Assembly (NCBI GenBank): GCA_019828565.1
Contig: JAHDYR010000020.1
Location: 1-64,000, forward strand
DNA length: 64,000 nt
Origin: Carpediemonas membranifera BICM
Taxonomy: Eukaryota > Protista > Fornicata
Direction of reading: 5' to 3'
A program made the translations under genes and the position numbers. Each line of letters starts with the position of its first letter. Positions within the stretch are counted from its first letter, which is position 1. The notes under the pieces were generated by a model, which ran no database searches, was not told where the DNA came from, and was given only the letters and a program-made list of their open reading frames with translations. Shown here in pieces: positions 53,181 through 64,000 of this stretch.

Positions 53181-56100
53181 CTCGCATCAATCCGCCCTCC
53201 CTTGTGAACACGAAAAGCGAACCACACCGACACATTCCGAGCACGTGGCCCGGCATGGACACCTCCCGGAGCCCTGGGAGTCGGAGGACGGAGCGGTGGG
53301 AGACAACCAGCTCGCCGTCACCACACTGAGTAGACACGGCGGAGGCAGTCTGTCGTCCGCGGCGGTGGGGGGGGGCTCGATCCACTCCATGGGGCCCTCT
53401 GGGAGCGGGGAGCGGGTGATAGCGCCGTCCCAGCATGTTGCACCTTCTGGGTCGACTGCGGTCAGTGGGAAGTCCGACCTCAGACCTCCGGTCAAAGCTG
53501 GGTCTGCCGCCCAGAGGGGTGGGGCCAGACCTGGGGAGGGGGCGGGGGTAGTAGAAGAGGACAGAATCAATCCTGCCGGCTATCAATGCGGTCTTTGACC
53601 TACCCTCGGACTGCCATCAGATGACACTGACCCCGGAGGCGTCCCGTCTCACAGGCTTTGAGCACGAAGGTTGCCGCTACTTACAAGACCACGCATCCTG
53701 TTGTCATAAACTGCGTCTTAAGGGTAAAGTGAAGGAGTATTGGAGGCTGAGTCCCCTTCCGTTGTCCCTCCCATCAAGTCCTCCCATTCCATCAAGGGAG
53801 ACACAAGGGGCGCAAGGACCGTGAGTTCCAAGGAGCCGAGCGGGAAGCTGTATTACTTCCACTTGGTGGTCTGAGGCTGACCGGACTCATTCAAAGGATC
53901 CCGTCCATGACTTTACCGATCTGGCTAACATGCGTGTCAGCGGTTACACCCTGCCACCATCCATGCGGCGAACCGGGGTGACCTGGCTCCCAAGTTTGAT
54001 GCCCAGTGTGACAAGTAAGCTCTTCGGTCCCTTCACCCGTCGGTGGACTTAGCTGAGTTCGACATCATCTGGAAGGATGGCATCGTTCCCTCCCAGATCA
54101 TGGGGCCTATCCGCGTTAGAGGTAACCTTAACTGACCCGGGAGGCCTTGGTGCTGGAGGACAGCATGACGGCCTCTGATGTCGTGGCGACTGTGGCGACT
54201 AGGGCCACTGGCGATCCTGACCCGGTGGCATTGACACAGTGTGTCCATCAGTACTGCTGCGTGAGTCAGCAGTGTGCCATCGCTTATCGGCTCTGTTTAT
54301 GCGATTGGCTGGATGGGAATAACACAGGTGTGGCCTCCGCAGCTTCCCTGCGGGCAACATACAAGACGAGAGTGCCTCGTGATCGGGGTTGCGGCGAGCG
54401 TTCAGTCGAAGCAGTATTCACATCGGTGCATCACGAGACTATCTCTGTCAGAGATAAGCAGTAGGGGGTGGAAGGGCTCAATGACGGCGCGCTAGCAGCT
54501 GTCAGTAGTTGACAGCGCCGCCGCACTTCTAAAATAGCAAACCTGGCAATTCAGGCAATCGACGAAAAAAGCCGCCCATGGGTATGACTCCAATGAGGGC
54601 TCCACGCCGCGGGCTGCCCTCCCGCATACACTCGCCAACCGCCAGCAGCTGCTGGGTCGTCCAAGTGTATCATCCAGGCTCACTGTCCTAGGTCCATCTG
54701 ATGTCGCGCGGCAGTCTCACACTGCCCACGCGCTCCTAGCTAGGAACCGGGCTCCGCGCCGTGCAAGGTGGCGCGGATGTCCCGGTGTGCTGCAAGGGCC
54801 AGAGGCCAATGCAAAACCACGGGTCCGAAGACGCTGTGGCGCACAGCTTGGATTTTGACATCATGCGATGGTGGCGGACTTACCTTGTTGCCGCTCCAGG
54901 GTCCCGTCGGCTCACCTGATTGATGTTGTTTAGTTCGGCGCAGTGAAATGGCCAATCAGACTGATATGAGAAAGATATGACCTGGTGCTATTGATATAGC
55001 GTTGAGCGCGGATTCAGGACAGCAGATACAACGAAGACTTCAATTGCAGCAAGGGCGTTGGTTGTCCCAAAATTTGTGCGTGTCACTGGAAGACTTTGCG
55101 AGAAAAAAATCTGCCAAGACGTTAACAACTCTATCTGCACCACTGCTCTATGCGGTTCTAGAAACCGGGTGCATGATCGTAGCTCAGCAGAGGTCTGAGG
55201 TCAAATGGAGTCAAGTCGAGTCGAAAAATTCCCTTTTCGCCCATTGATCGAGTGCCAATGGAGTGTGCACCCAGCCCACGTCCATCCTAGTTTTAGACGT
55301 ATCTAAGACTATTGCCCCACTTACAGCCTCTAGCTGAGTGTCATCCGAATTCAGTGGAGCGAACTCAGTGCTCAGCGAGGTCACCGCGATCAAGGCTGAC
55401 ACTGAGTTCAAAGCTGCTGGCGGGGCAATTGCACTCTATTCAAGCCTAGTAGCTGGGGTTACGCCAGTGGGTGCAGGCTGAGGGTGGATTGCGTCAAACT
55501 GAGTCGTCATTATCGATGACTCCAGAAATTAAGGTTGGCAGGTTAAAAAATAAAGATGGGTCAGCCATCCTGTATGAGCTTCTATTTTGATGTAATGGTG
55601 TGAGTTTCAGCCCTCTCCGACCTCTATTCGTCAAGTTCGATGTCGGTCGAAATCGAAGTTTGGGCCGACTCCAAACACATACTTCCAGTGTGCGCCCGCT
55701 GGTAATGGCCCGGATCCAGATGTTAGAGGGCTATACAAGCTTTGTGGCAGAGCGGCAGCGATTCGATGATAGTAGTCGAGGTGAGAGCATCGTTCAGCTT
55801 CGGACCCGTTCGGCACCATGAAGAGACCGAACCGGAAGAAAGAGAATGAAAAAAAGATCGAGACATGTAGATAGCATTGAGCACGGATTCAGCGCAACAG
55901 ATGCATGGAGAAGACGTCTTCAGGTGATGACGCAAAGTGTCAAAAAAATGAGAAGAAGAAAAAAAAAGCGAAAATGAAAGAACTCCCTTCACGAGCGAGC
56001 ACCGCTCGCACATCACTCATACCCGCTAGTATTACTCGCTGGAGCACCATGGCGATATCCAAATTCTGAGACTCTCACCAATCTTTGGTGATAGCCGGAG

Positions 56101-56652
56101 TATCACACGTGTCACATTCTGATTTGGAAGGACCTCGCTGAGGTGGCCGCGTACCTGCTTTGCTGCTTCAGCGCCAGCAATGCGGCGGATAGTATCCCCG
56201 ATTGGGAACGCCAGGCTCACCTCCTCCCACCCTCAGTGGCTTGCCGAGTGGGACGAGAACGTCCGATGCTGCCCGCGTCCCCGGTACTCGTAACATGCAT
56301 GGAGCTGTCTGAATGGTCCCACTCAGCCACCGGTAAATCTCTCTCCTGGGACCTGCCGATGCCGGCCTCCCGTGGACTTGATCACCGTCGGCCTGCCTCT
56401 CCCGCCGTAACGTGCCTGACGTTCCCGCAATTCAAGATCGCCTCCAGAGTTCCGTTGACGAGTTGGTGCGGCGCCTGACGGCTGTCCCCAACGGTCTCGT
56501 TGCGGACTACCTTGAGTGCGGTGCGATATGCCATCGCTGAGCTCTCGGCGAAACGAGAGCCCGCAGTGCCGTCATGGACTGGGCAGTGCAGCAGATCATG
56601 ACCTTCGGGACAGTGGCCGTCGATCCAATCCCAGCTCGCGCTATGATAACAT

Positions 56653-58296
56653 TTATCGCCCAGACGTCGCCTCGACAAGTTTTCCCGCTAGCACCGCCAC
56701 AGCAGAGCTGAACGTGATCTTGTCATGGTGGTACGGGTCAGCTGACTCCACCGTCGCTTCCAAGTCGACCGACCCAGAGGTCAATGTCCGGAATAACTCA
56801 ATAAACTGCTCACGAGTCAAAACTCCGTCGCTATCAGTGTCATACTGCCGGAAAAGACTGCGGAACTTCATGAGGAACCTGTCATGGCCCTGGAGTTGGA
56901 AGTCAAGCAGCGCCTTGACCAGCATCGAGTACGGGACACGAGTCCGAGGGCGCTGGCCGTTCTTGGTAGGACGGGCCTTGAGCTGACTCTTGATGGTGAC
57001 AATCACGGCGAGGGCGTCGTCCTGGCGATACATGTATTTGACGATATCAACCCATTCGTCCTCCGTGAGGGTGCCCTCGGTCTTCTGCTCAAGTTTCGCG
57101 GCAACTGCGTCGGTGTTGGGCTTGGTACCGAGCTTTTGTGCGATTACGGCACGCAGGAGCTCCTTGACGGTGTTCTTGAGGTCGTTCAACACAGACTTAA
57201 ACTGCTCATCGATCTCATTCCTCATAATCCGGGCAAAAACGGCCACATCATTGTCCATACTCTCAAACTCAGCAATAGCCCGCTTGATACTTGCCGCCCA
57301 GTCCACAACGAGCTGTTTGAGCCCGTATCTGTGGTTCAGGAACGTGTATAAATGTTGCTCCATAGTCTCCGGCGGCTGGCCGCCCTCACTGACCCTGCTG
57401 TCGTATCTGCTCTTCGACTCGTACAGCTCCTCGATCAGATCCCGGAGTTGGCGGACTGTGATGACCTTGAGCTGACCTGGCTCGTTCGTCCCCTTCTGAT
57501 CACGGCTAATGGTGGCGCTTTGCTTGCGGATAGGTTGGGTAGAGCCAAGTCTGCCTGTGGCGGCCAGCTTGCGCGGCGTGGTAATCTGGGCGGTACGGAG
57601 TTGGGCCTGGAGCTTTTCGTTCTGAGACTTGAGCCAGCCGATTTCCTCAGTGAGCATGGCAACCTCTGCGCTATGCGCCCTCTGCATCTCAGCCTGAGTC
57701 TCCTCGTGCTTGGATGTCTCTGCCATCAGCTGTTCGCTTGCCTTGAGAAGCTCTTCCATTTCCTCGCCGCGGGCCTCGAACTTAAGCTGGAGGTCAATGT
57801 TTCTCGTCTCTAGAACATCATACATGTTCACCACACCCTCGCCGATCTCGTGGACGGTGCCTGAGAGAAGGGTTACAAGGGCCTTGGTCCACTGCCCCAC
57901 CTGGGGTAAGTCTCGGTTGGTAAAGACTTCAGAGGCAATCTCACCCACGCGGTCGGCTATGTCGGCCTTGAGCATAGCCAGCTCAATGTCGGAGAGCTCT
58001 GGGGTGCCAAGGGCGATGGAGTTGAGGCTGTAGCGGCGGGCGTGAAGGAGGAGTTGCTCGTTGAAGGTCTCTAGAGCGATCTCGGCTTCATCGTGCGGTG
58101 TTTCGATGCCTCTCAGAGTTAGAAGCTGGTTGAGGAGGTCAGTGACGGGCTGCACGTGGGAGACTCCGCGGTTGTAGAACTCTTGGAATTTTTCATCGTT
58201 TTCAGCGTCAATGCTCGGGTCGTATTCCTCCTCGGGAGCTTCATCCTCCGGTATGTATTGCATATCTTGTTGAGGCGCCATTTGCTGCGGATCCAT
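56653..58296 (-). CDS. TSNAXIP1-like coiled-coil protein with a C-terminal EF-hand
   Basis: FLNHRYGLKQLVVDW...DNDVAVFARIMRNEIDE; EF loop DTDSDGVLTREQF; start taken at MDPQQ (ORF is open to 58509). Confidence 0.7.
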   Translation of the reverse strand: MDPQQMAPQQDMQYIPEDEAPEEEYDPSIDAENDEKFQEFYNRGVSHVQPVTDLLNQLLTLRGIETPHDEAEIALETFNEQLLLHARRYSLNSIALGTPELSDIELAMLKADIADRVGEIASEVFTNRDLPQVGQWTKALVTLLSGTVHEIGEGVVNMYDVLETRNIDLQLKFEARGEEMEELLKASEQLMAETSKHEETQAEMQRAHSAEVAMLTEEIGWLKSQNEKLQAQLRTAQITTPRKLAATGRLGSTQPIRKQSATISRDQKGTNEPGQLKVITVRQLRDLIEELYESKSRYDSRVSEGGQPPETMEQHLYTFLNHRYGLKQLVVDWAASIKRAIAEFESMDNDVAVFARIMRNEIDEQFKSVLNDLKNTVKELLRAVIAQKLGTKPNTDAVAAKLEQKTEGTLTEDEWVDIVKYMYRQDDALAVIVTIKSQLKARPTKNGQRPRTRVPYSMLVKALLDFQLQGHDRFLMKFRSLFRQYDTDSDGVLTREQFIELFRTLTSGSVDLEATVESADPYHHDKITFSSAVAVLAGKLVEATSGR

Positions 58297-59012
58297 CGCT
58301 TGTCTGGAACTTAGCTTGTCGACGTCTCGAAGAAGGGAGCATAAAGTGCACATTCCTGCCAGCGTATCGCTCCATCTTCCAGGCTCCATCAGTCTGATAA
58401 GTCCATGGAAGGTTATCTGCTCCAGTCGAAGGTCTCTATGAATGCAATTGATTCCGACTGGTGATTGCCGTACTGCCCCGGACACGGGCGTCCACGGTCT
58501 GGCGCTCACACATCACGCGATCCCGCCCTCGGCTTCTCGGGTCCCACGACCCAACCGGGGTGCCTCGGCGGTCGGACAACGCCAGGCTGGGCGGACCATG
58601 GCGGGCGGGAAATGATGGGATCAATTTCCCCGCCAGATTCCCTGGTTTTGGCCGATGTCTGGCCCTCTTTAAACATCCTTTCGCTTTCAAGACTGACCGT
58701 GGTAATCGTGCCTAGCACGGGGTTGGGTTCATTGACCAACCCCGTGCTCCGGAAGAACCAACAGGAGAACAAGCTTCCGAACTGCACCTGCTGCTCGACA
58801 ACCGTCATGACAACCACGGCCTGGGCGACGTGCGGGACTTCGCCTCAATCATGCGGCTCGGCTCTGAGGCTGGATGATTGATGAAGCAATGTTGCTTACC
58901 GAATCCAGAACACTGACACGATCCCGGACCCAGTTCCAGAATCGATTTATCGTTCACGTAAATACTCTGTGCATGCCATGAAACAGCAAGCACAACATCA
59001 TCCAACCCACCG

Positions 59013-60452
59013 CTACCTGCGGTACGTCGGGAGGTACCCCAGGGCCAGCCCGATGAACTCCGACATCATCAGCCCGGTCGACTGGACCGTTGAGATAATC
59101 ACACCGCCCATGTCGGTCAGCTCAGGGGGCAACTCCTCGCTGATGAACATGAACGACCTTGTGGAGAGCCAGCCGTTGGTCGTGGAGTGAACGATGTTGA
59201 GGATGACGAAAAATGGATCGAAACGGACGTAATCTCTGAACACGAAGAGCAGCGCGTACGTAGGGATGGCGAGCAGGCGTAGCGTGGCGAGTGCGAGTGT
59301 CAGGGAGCTTGGGATGCGCAGGAACTTGATCCTTGGAATGAACCGGCCCGTCTGGTCCCCGCAGAGGAATATCGCCATCTGAAGCACGCTGCTCCACTCG
59401 GTGCGGTTGAGCAAGGGGACTATGGACACAGAGGTCGTCACGAGGCCGGGGAATACAGAGCCCGAGGCGATGTAGACGAAGAAGACGGCAGCCAGCCCAC
59501 GCCACTGGTGCCGGAGAATGAAACGGAGCCGCTGGAACCACATGGAGGGGGTCAGCGTCTCCTTGGGCTCGGCTGAGTCTTCCTGGGCCTGCGCCCTGCG
59601 GTCGGTGACCATGAGGGCGAGGTAGAGGGGCACGGTGGCGGCAAGGATCAGCGCGCAGACCCCGAAGAAGAGGAAGGCAGAGATGGTGTTCGCCCCGCCG
59701 GAGGGGAGGAGGCCGAGTTCAGAGAAGGCCTTGGTGGCGATGCGGAGGAAGATGGTGACGACGCCGGCCGTACCCTGGCCCGCCATGGCTGCTTGAACGG
59801 CGGTGGGGCTGCGCTTTGACGCCATGCCCATGACAGTCGACCCAAGCACCGAGTAAGCGGCGCCTGAGAGCAGGATGAGGGTGAGAGACGAGTACTGGGC
59901 GATGTCGATGGGGAGAATGAGCGGCATGATGGGAAGGGCAATAAAAATAACAAAGGTCGCGCCAAGAGAGGACAAGAACCAAACGATGGCGGGGAGGAGC
60001 TTGAAGCAGGCGATCATGATGAGGTAGACGGGGGGGAGTGTGAGGCAGAAGAAGCTCGACGCGTAGAACTCGAAGTGGCGGCCCGGATACTCCTGCGTCC
60101 AGTAGTCGGGCACGCTGATGACCACGTTGAAGGGCAGCAGCATGGCGAGGCCAAGGGCCAGGAAGACGGTGTATTCGTAGAGCCGCTTGTACATGGGGAT
60201 GCGGGGGATAGAGGACTGGGCTTCTTCGGCTTCGGCAAAGATGGATCGCCTGGCCGCATTACGAGGCGCTATGGCGCCGTAGTTGGGTGTTGGGGGCAGA
60301 TCTCCGTCGATAAGGCTCATACGTTCGCACGTACGGTCGTTCTGCGGCGTCTGCTGCGGATGATCTATCGCAACGAGCTGTCTATCACTAAACTCACGTT
60401 GAGGGCTCTCCAAAAGCCGTTCAGCCTGGGCGTCACTCCCATTCCCGTTCAT
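59013..60452 (-). CDS. Equilibrative nucleoside transporter (SLC29)
   Basis: LGLAMLLPFN, MAGQGTAG, SVFPG, GDQTGR, TNGWL; multiple TM helices. Confidence 0.93.
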   Translation of the reverse strand: MNGNGSDAQAERLLESPQREFSDRQLVAIDHPQQTPQNDRTCERMSLIDGDLPPTPNYGAIAPRNAARRSIFAEAEEAQSSIPRIPMYKRLYEYTVFLALGLAMLLPFNVVISVPDYWTQEYPGRHFEFYASSFFCLTLPPVYLIMIACFKLLPAIVWFLSSLGATFVIFIALPIMPLILPIDIAQYSSLTLILLSGAAYSVLGSTVMGMASKRSPTAVQAAMAGQGTAGVVTIFLRIATKAFSELGLLPSGGANTISAFLFFGVCALILAATVPLYLALMVTDRRAQAQEDSAEPKETLTPSMWFQRLRFILRHQWRGLAAVFFVYIASGSVFPGLVTTSVSIVPLLNRTEWSSVLQMAIFLCGDQTGRFIPRIKFLRIPSSLTLALATLRLLAIPTYALLFVFRDYVRFDPFFVILNIVHSTTNGWLSTRSFMFISEELPPELTDMGGVIISTVQSTGLMMSEFIGLALGYLPTYRR

Positions 60453-60822
60453 TGGCCTGTGGTCCTCAAACGTCCTTTGACTTCCGGACAGCAGTCACGG
60501 TTGGCGACAGGGCAGTGACAGGCGCGAGGGGATGTGTATGCCTGCCGCACTGTCCAACAGGCCCGACTCATTTTGAGACACCGCTGCAGGCCAAGGCTAC
60601 AATGCACGATAACAAAACTGCCAGCAAGCGCAAGTATCAACATCCCTCTAGCACTAGTTCTGCCCACAATACGGAACTCCGCCCCTTATTAACCCGCCCT
60701 CAGATTCCACAGACAAAAAAAATTGAAGAATCCTTGATCTCCGTCTTCTTCGTCGATAACAAAATGGTTTATCCGCGGGTCAAGTCATAATATGGGATAT
60801 AATCGATCCGAATCCTGAGCCT

Positions 60823-62085
60823 CTACCCCATAATGAGCCGCCTCATGGCGTTCATCCCGGGGTCCTCGTCGTCGTACGCTGCCCCGAACCCCTCAGAGTC
60901 CTCGGGCTTAAACACCATGGCCGAGCTCCGTCTGCAGCTGTCCGCCCACATGAACGCTGACAGACCGTGGTCGAGCCCCGTCAAGGGTCGGATGACCTCG
61001 TCGCAGTGGAGTGCGGGACAATTCTTGACCAGGAACCGGCCGAGCGTCGGTATCTCCGGGACGGTGACCAGCTGGGGGCAGTTGGACAGCGTGACGTTGA
61101 CAGTGTGCTGCGAGCCGATGTGCTCCACGGCGGTGATGTCAAGGCAATCCAGGAAGAGATGGACGAGGGACCCCTGCCCCCGCATCAGGTCGCCACACCA
61201 CTCAGCATGGTGGAATGTGACGTCGGAGAGGGAGAGGTGCGAGAGGGAGCGGCACGAGTTGTCGAACGCCACCACCTGGGCGTCGGCCAGGAGGAGCTGC
61301 TCAAGCACGGGGCAGTTGGTCAGAGAGACGCGGGCACCGTCGCAGCCGGATACGATGAGGCGCTTGAGTGTCGGAGCTGAGGCTGTGAGCGGGGGGACGG
61401 CGTTCAAACGGGGCAGCCCACGGAGCTCGAGCACGCTGAGTTTCATCGTGATGAGGCTCTTAGGAAGCGAGCGAATAGAGGCGGAGAGGACGAGGGGCCG
61501 CTTGATGATGCGCTTGTCCGACTGCGGGGACACTGGCATGTTCCTCTCGCACACGATGGCGATGCGTCTAATGGGGAGCTGGCCGACGGCCTTGGGCAGG
61601 CGGTGGACCCGGTAGCAGTCCACCAGGCCGAGAGACTCAAGGGAGGTGCAATGGGCGATGGGAATGGGCAGCATCGCGGGGACGCTGGGATTGAGATCTT
61701 TCACAATCACATTCACGGTGTGGGGGTGCAGAGAAGGCTGGGGGATCTGGTCAATGCATGATACGAGCACATCTGGCGGTGCTGTGTTGAGGAGACGCAG
61801 CTGGTTGTAGTAATCTGCGGTCTTGGAAGACAAAAAGAAAAATCCCCATGCAGGGTTGATTGGGCGAGACCTATAAATGGCACGACTCAGGAAAAACGCT
61901 TCTGGCGACAAGCTTTCGTGTTTTCCGTTGCAATCTTTTCTTACCTTCTCATGGACAACGAGCTGGTATATAGCATCCGAGAGAAGACCTTGCATCACCT
62001 CGTTCGGGCGCATTTTGATGACTTTTGCCGACTTACGGCCTCTATGAATACCTAGCGCAGCTGAAATCGTTTTAGGGATGAGCAC
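60823..62085 (-). CDS. Leucine-rich repeat protein
   Basis: LESLGLVDC, LSVLELRGLPRL, LKRLIVSGC, LSNCPQL repeats. Confidence 0.8.
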   Translation of the reverse strand: MLIPKTISAALGIHRGRKSAKVIKMRPNEVMQGLLSDAIYQLVVHEKVRKDCNGKHESLSPEAFFLSRAIYRSRPINPAWGFFFLSSKTADYYNQLRLLNTAPPDVLVSCIDQIPQPSLHPHTVNVIVKDLNPSVPAMLPIPIAHCTSLESLGLVDCYRVHRLPKAVGQLPIRRIAIVCERNMPVSPQSDKRIIKRPLVLSASIRSLPKSLITMKLSVLELRGLPRLNAVPPLTASAPTLKRLIVSGCDGARVSLTNCPVLEQLLLADAQVVAFDNSCRSLSHLSLSDVTFHHAEWCGDLMRGQGSLVHLFLDCLDITAVEHIGSQHTVNVTLSNCPQLVTVPEIPTLGRFLVKNCPALHCDEVIRPLTGLDHGLSAFMWADSCRRSSAMVFKPEDSEGFGAAYDDEDPGMNAMRRLIMG

Positions 62086-63278
62086 AATGAGAGCAGATGA
62101 TTCAGCTCCAGCGCTTGCACATAAACTGCGAAGGAAGATCGCCCCAAATTGGCGGCTACAGCACAGAACTCGAACCTTCTATGCTGAGAGTCAGGACTAT
62201 CTGGGCGTGTCTGAGTTTTCAGAAACTGCGAGGCCTCTTCCCGAATTTGCGAAGAACTTTTGCGTGCACTTTTGCGTGTCAAAAGTTGTGATGAAATCAT
62301 TTCCTGTCATGCAGCCTTAGGTACCATGGCATCCCTCGCACGCTACTGGAACGAACAGCGGTGCTTTCTCTTTAAACTCTTCCAGGGAAGATTGAGCGCA
62401 ATTTCGAAAAACATCATTTACTGTTGGCTGTATCACTGCTTAGAGGAAGTTGGCACCAGGGATTCGGGCCTGCTGTACCTTCAACACCCAGTTCTGGCTC
62501 ACGGTGAGGCGGGTCACCATGAGGGCAGATGCAAACGCGAGACGGACATCGGCCCGCATTTCGATATGATTTTGATTCGGTCGACATCGACTGGACAATT
62601 TTCGATTTTACTCGATTGTGTGTAAAGCCAGTACATGGCGAAAGGCAGGCGTTGTGGAGCTAGCCATCCGAGCCGCGGCGCCACTCGGCCGTTCGGCCCA
62701 CACGACCTGGTCACCCACACAGGCCAGATCCAGATGGTCGGGTCAGGAAAACTCGTCAGGCTAACCCGATGATGCCCAACTTGGCAGCGGTCGGGCGAAA
62801 CTGCGTCCATTCAGGATGTCGGGGATGAGAGAAAGAGGGGACCTGGGCAGGCTGCGCTTCGACTGTGGCTCCATTTGTTGGAGCAGGCATAGTCGAGGCC
62901 GGACAGGCCTGGCGACGATTCGTGGTTCGCATGATGGCGTCATGAATCGCCTGGGCTGTGACTTCGAGTGACTCCGCCGGGGTGACTCCCTTGAGAAAAC
63001 TTATCACATTTTGATGATCTCGAGAACTGTTGAGTCTGCATTAAAGATATGAGCAGAAGGGATCTTTATGGCATGCACACAGTACCGTTCTGTTCTTACC
63101 TCTCGTGTCGACTCGACAAATTTCGAGACGCACCATCCGAGGTGTCATAGCCGGCACGTCTCCTGCGCCCATCTCCTCCAGATAGCGCCCATCCCGCACC
63201 AATGTTAGCAACTACTTGTTTGCACATTTTGCGCATGTTTAATCGTAGAAAAGCACAGACCCTGAAACTAGCACGCAG

Positions 63279-64000
63279 CTAAGGCAGGGCAATCCGACCA
63301 ACGGGCACGTCCTCGTCGTCCGACTCCTCGTCGCTCTCCTCTGAGTTGGGGACGGCGAGGTACACCAGCCACATGTCCATCAGCTCCTGCGACCCCAGCT
63401 CAATGAAGTCAACCGGGCCGTCGTTCGACTCGACTCTCAGGGTCATTGCCGGGTCAGTAACTGCGGCGGGCAGGGTCATGTCCGGCTGGCAGGGTCCAAC
63501 CGTGTGTATGGACATGGCGGGGATGGCGATGGTGTGCTCGGCGGTGGCGATCTCGAGCACGGCCGGGAATTTGGAGACCACGCAGGGCTTGAACGCGCCA
63601 TGCTCGAGCACACTGGCAGCCGACCGCACCTCGCCTCTCGGGCCGATGACGCTGACCCTGCCGACCGTCTGGTCCTTGCTACCGTCCTTCATCATCAGCT
63701 TATGGTCGTCAAAGGGAATCGTGGCCACTTGCTTCTTCTCCTCATCAATAAAATAATAAAACTGCACTGGTCCTGAAGCGTGTGGCCTGAAGCGGTCCAT
63801 TTTCAGTGGTGGGAGGGCGAGAGAGAAGGGAATATCCTCGTCCTCCTCCTCCTCGTGCTCCTCGCGCGACGCCGCGACCAATGAGCGTGGCGAGTCGAGC
63901 TCCTCCTCCTCGCGCTCCTCGCGCGACGCCGCGACCAATGAGCGTGGCGAGTCGAGCTCCTCCTCCTCGCGCGACGCCGCGACCAATGAGCGTGGCGAGT
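63279..64000 (-). CDS. Protein with acidic tandem repeats and a possible PH-like C-terminal domain; starts beyond the window
   Basis: Open frame to the window edge; SPRSLVAASREEEELD repeats; beta-rich tail ending SQELMDMWLVYL. Confidence 0.65.
   Translation of the reverse strand, partial: SPRSLVAASREEEELDSPRSLVAASREEREEEELDSPRSLVAASREEHEEEEDEDIPFSLALPPLKMDRFRPHASGPVQFYYFIDEEKKQVATIPFDDHKLMMKDGSKDQTVGRVSVIGPRGEVRSAASVLEHGAFKPCVVSKFPAVLEIATAEHTIAIPAMSIHTVGPCQPDMTLPAAVTDPAMTLRVESNDGPVDFIELGSQELMDMWLVYLAVPNSEESDEESDDEDVPVGRIALP
63856..64000. repeat. 48/57 bp coding minisatellite
   Basis: cgcgcgacgccgcgaccaatgagcgtggcgagt occurs three times. Confidence 0.9.

Noticed and set aside
58506-59005. 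Possible small gene with a GTAAG...CAG intron
   Set aside because: Splicing does not join the two ORFs into an open frame.

Overview
Gene-dense, intron-poor eukaryotic (protist) DNA. The compact genes, 28-33 nt introns and RCC1-like family gene resemble a fornicate/metamonad such as Carpediemonas; this is inference only. Single-base homopolymer indels suggest a long-read assembly. Three zones. (1) 1-12.3 kb: a ~10.6 kb asymmetric palindrome built from ~1.1 kb tandem units that run into a SET-domain gene on each arm, followed by a Swt1-like HEPN gene, a Cys-rich gene and an apparently catalytically dead tyrosine-recombinase-fold gene. (2) 12.3-33 kb: a nested cluster of five Ty3/Gypsy (chromovirus-like) retrotransposons. 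Two have tiny 76-93 bp LTRs, one with a clean GAGT target duplication inside another element's gag. Two carry antisense accessory ORFs after pol, and each of those downstream segments has an upstream copy that is heavily substituted but almost indel-free, with hairpins at the same positions but of different sequence. (3) 33-64 kb: housekeeping genes, all confidently called ones on the minus strand (Dbp5, TPR, eIF4G, RCC1-like, PPP phosphatase, CCDC137-like, CFAP410, TTBK/CK1, ARM, CCDC81, ceramide synthase, TSNAXIP1-like, ENT, LRR), interrupted by a 5'-truncated Fanzor/TnpB nuclease between 30 bp direct repeats. Most promising leads: the structure-preserving hyper-divergence of retroelement repeats, the Fanzor insertion geometry, and the SET/HEPN/dead-YR module. 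All alignments and domain calls were made by eye.
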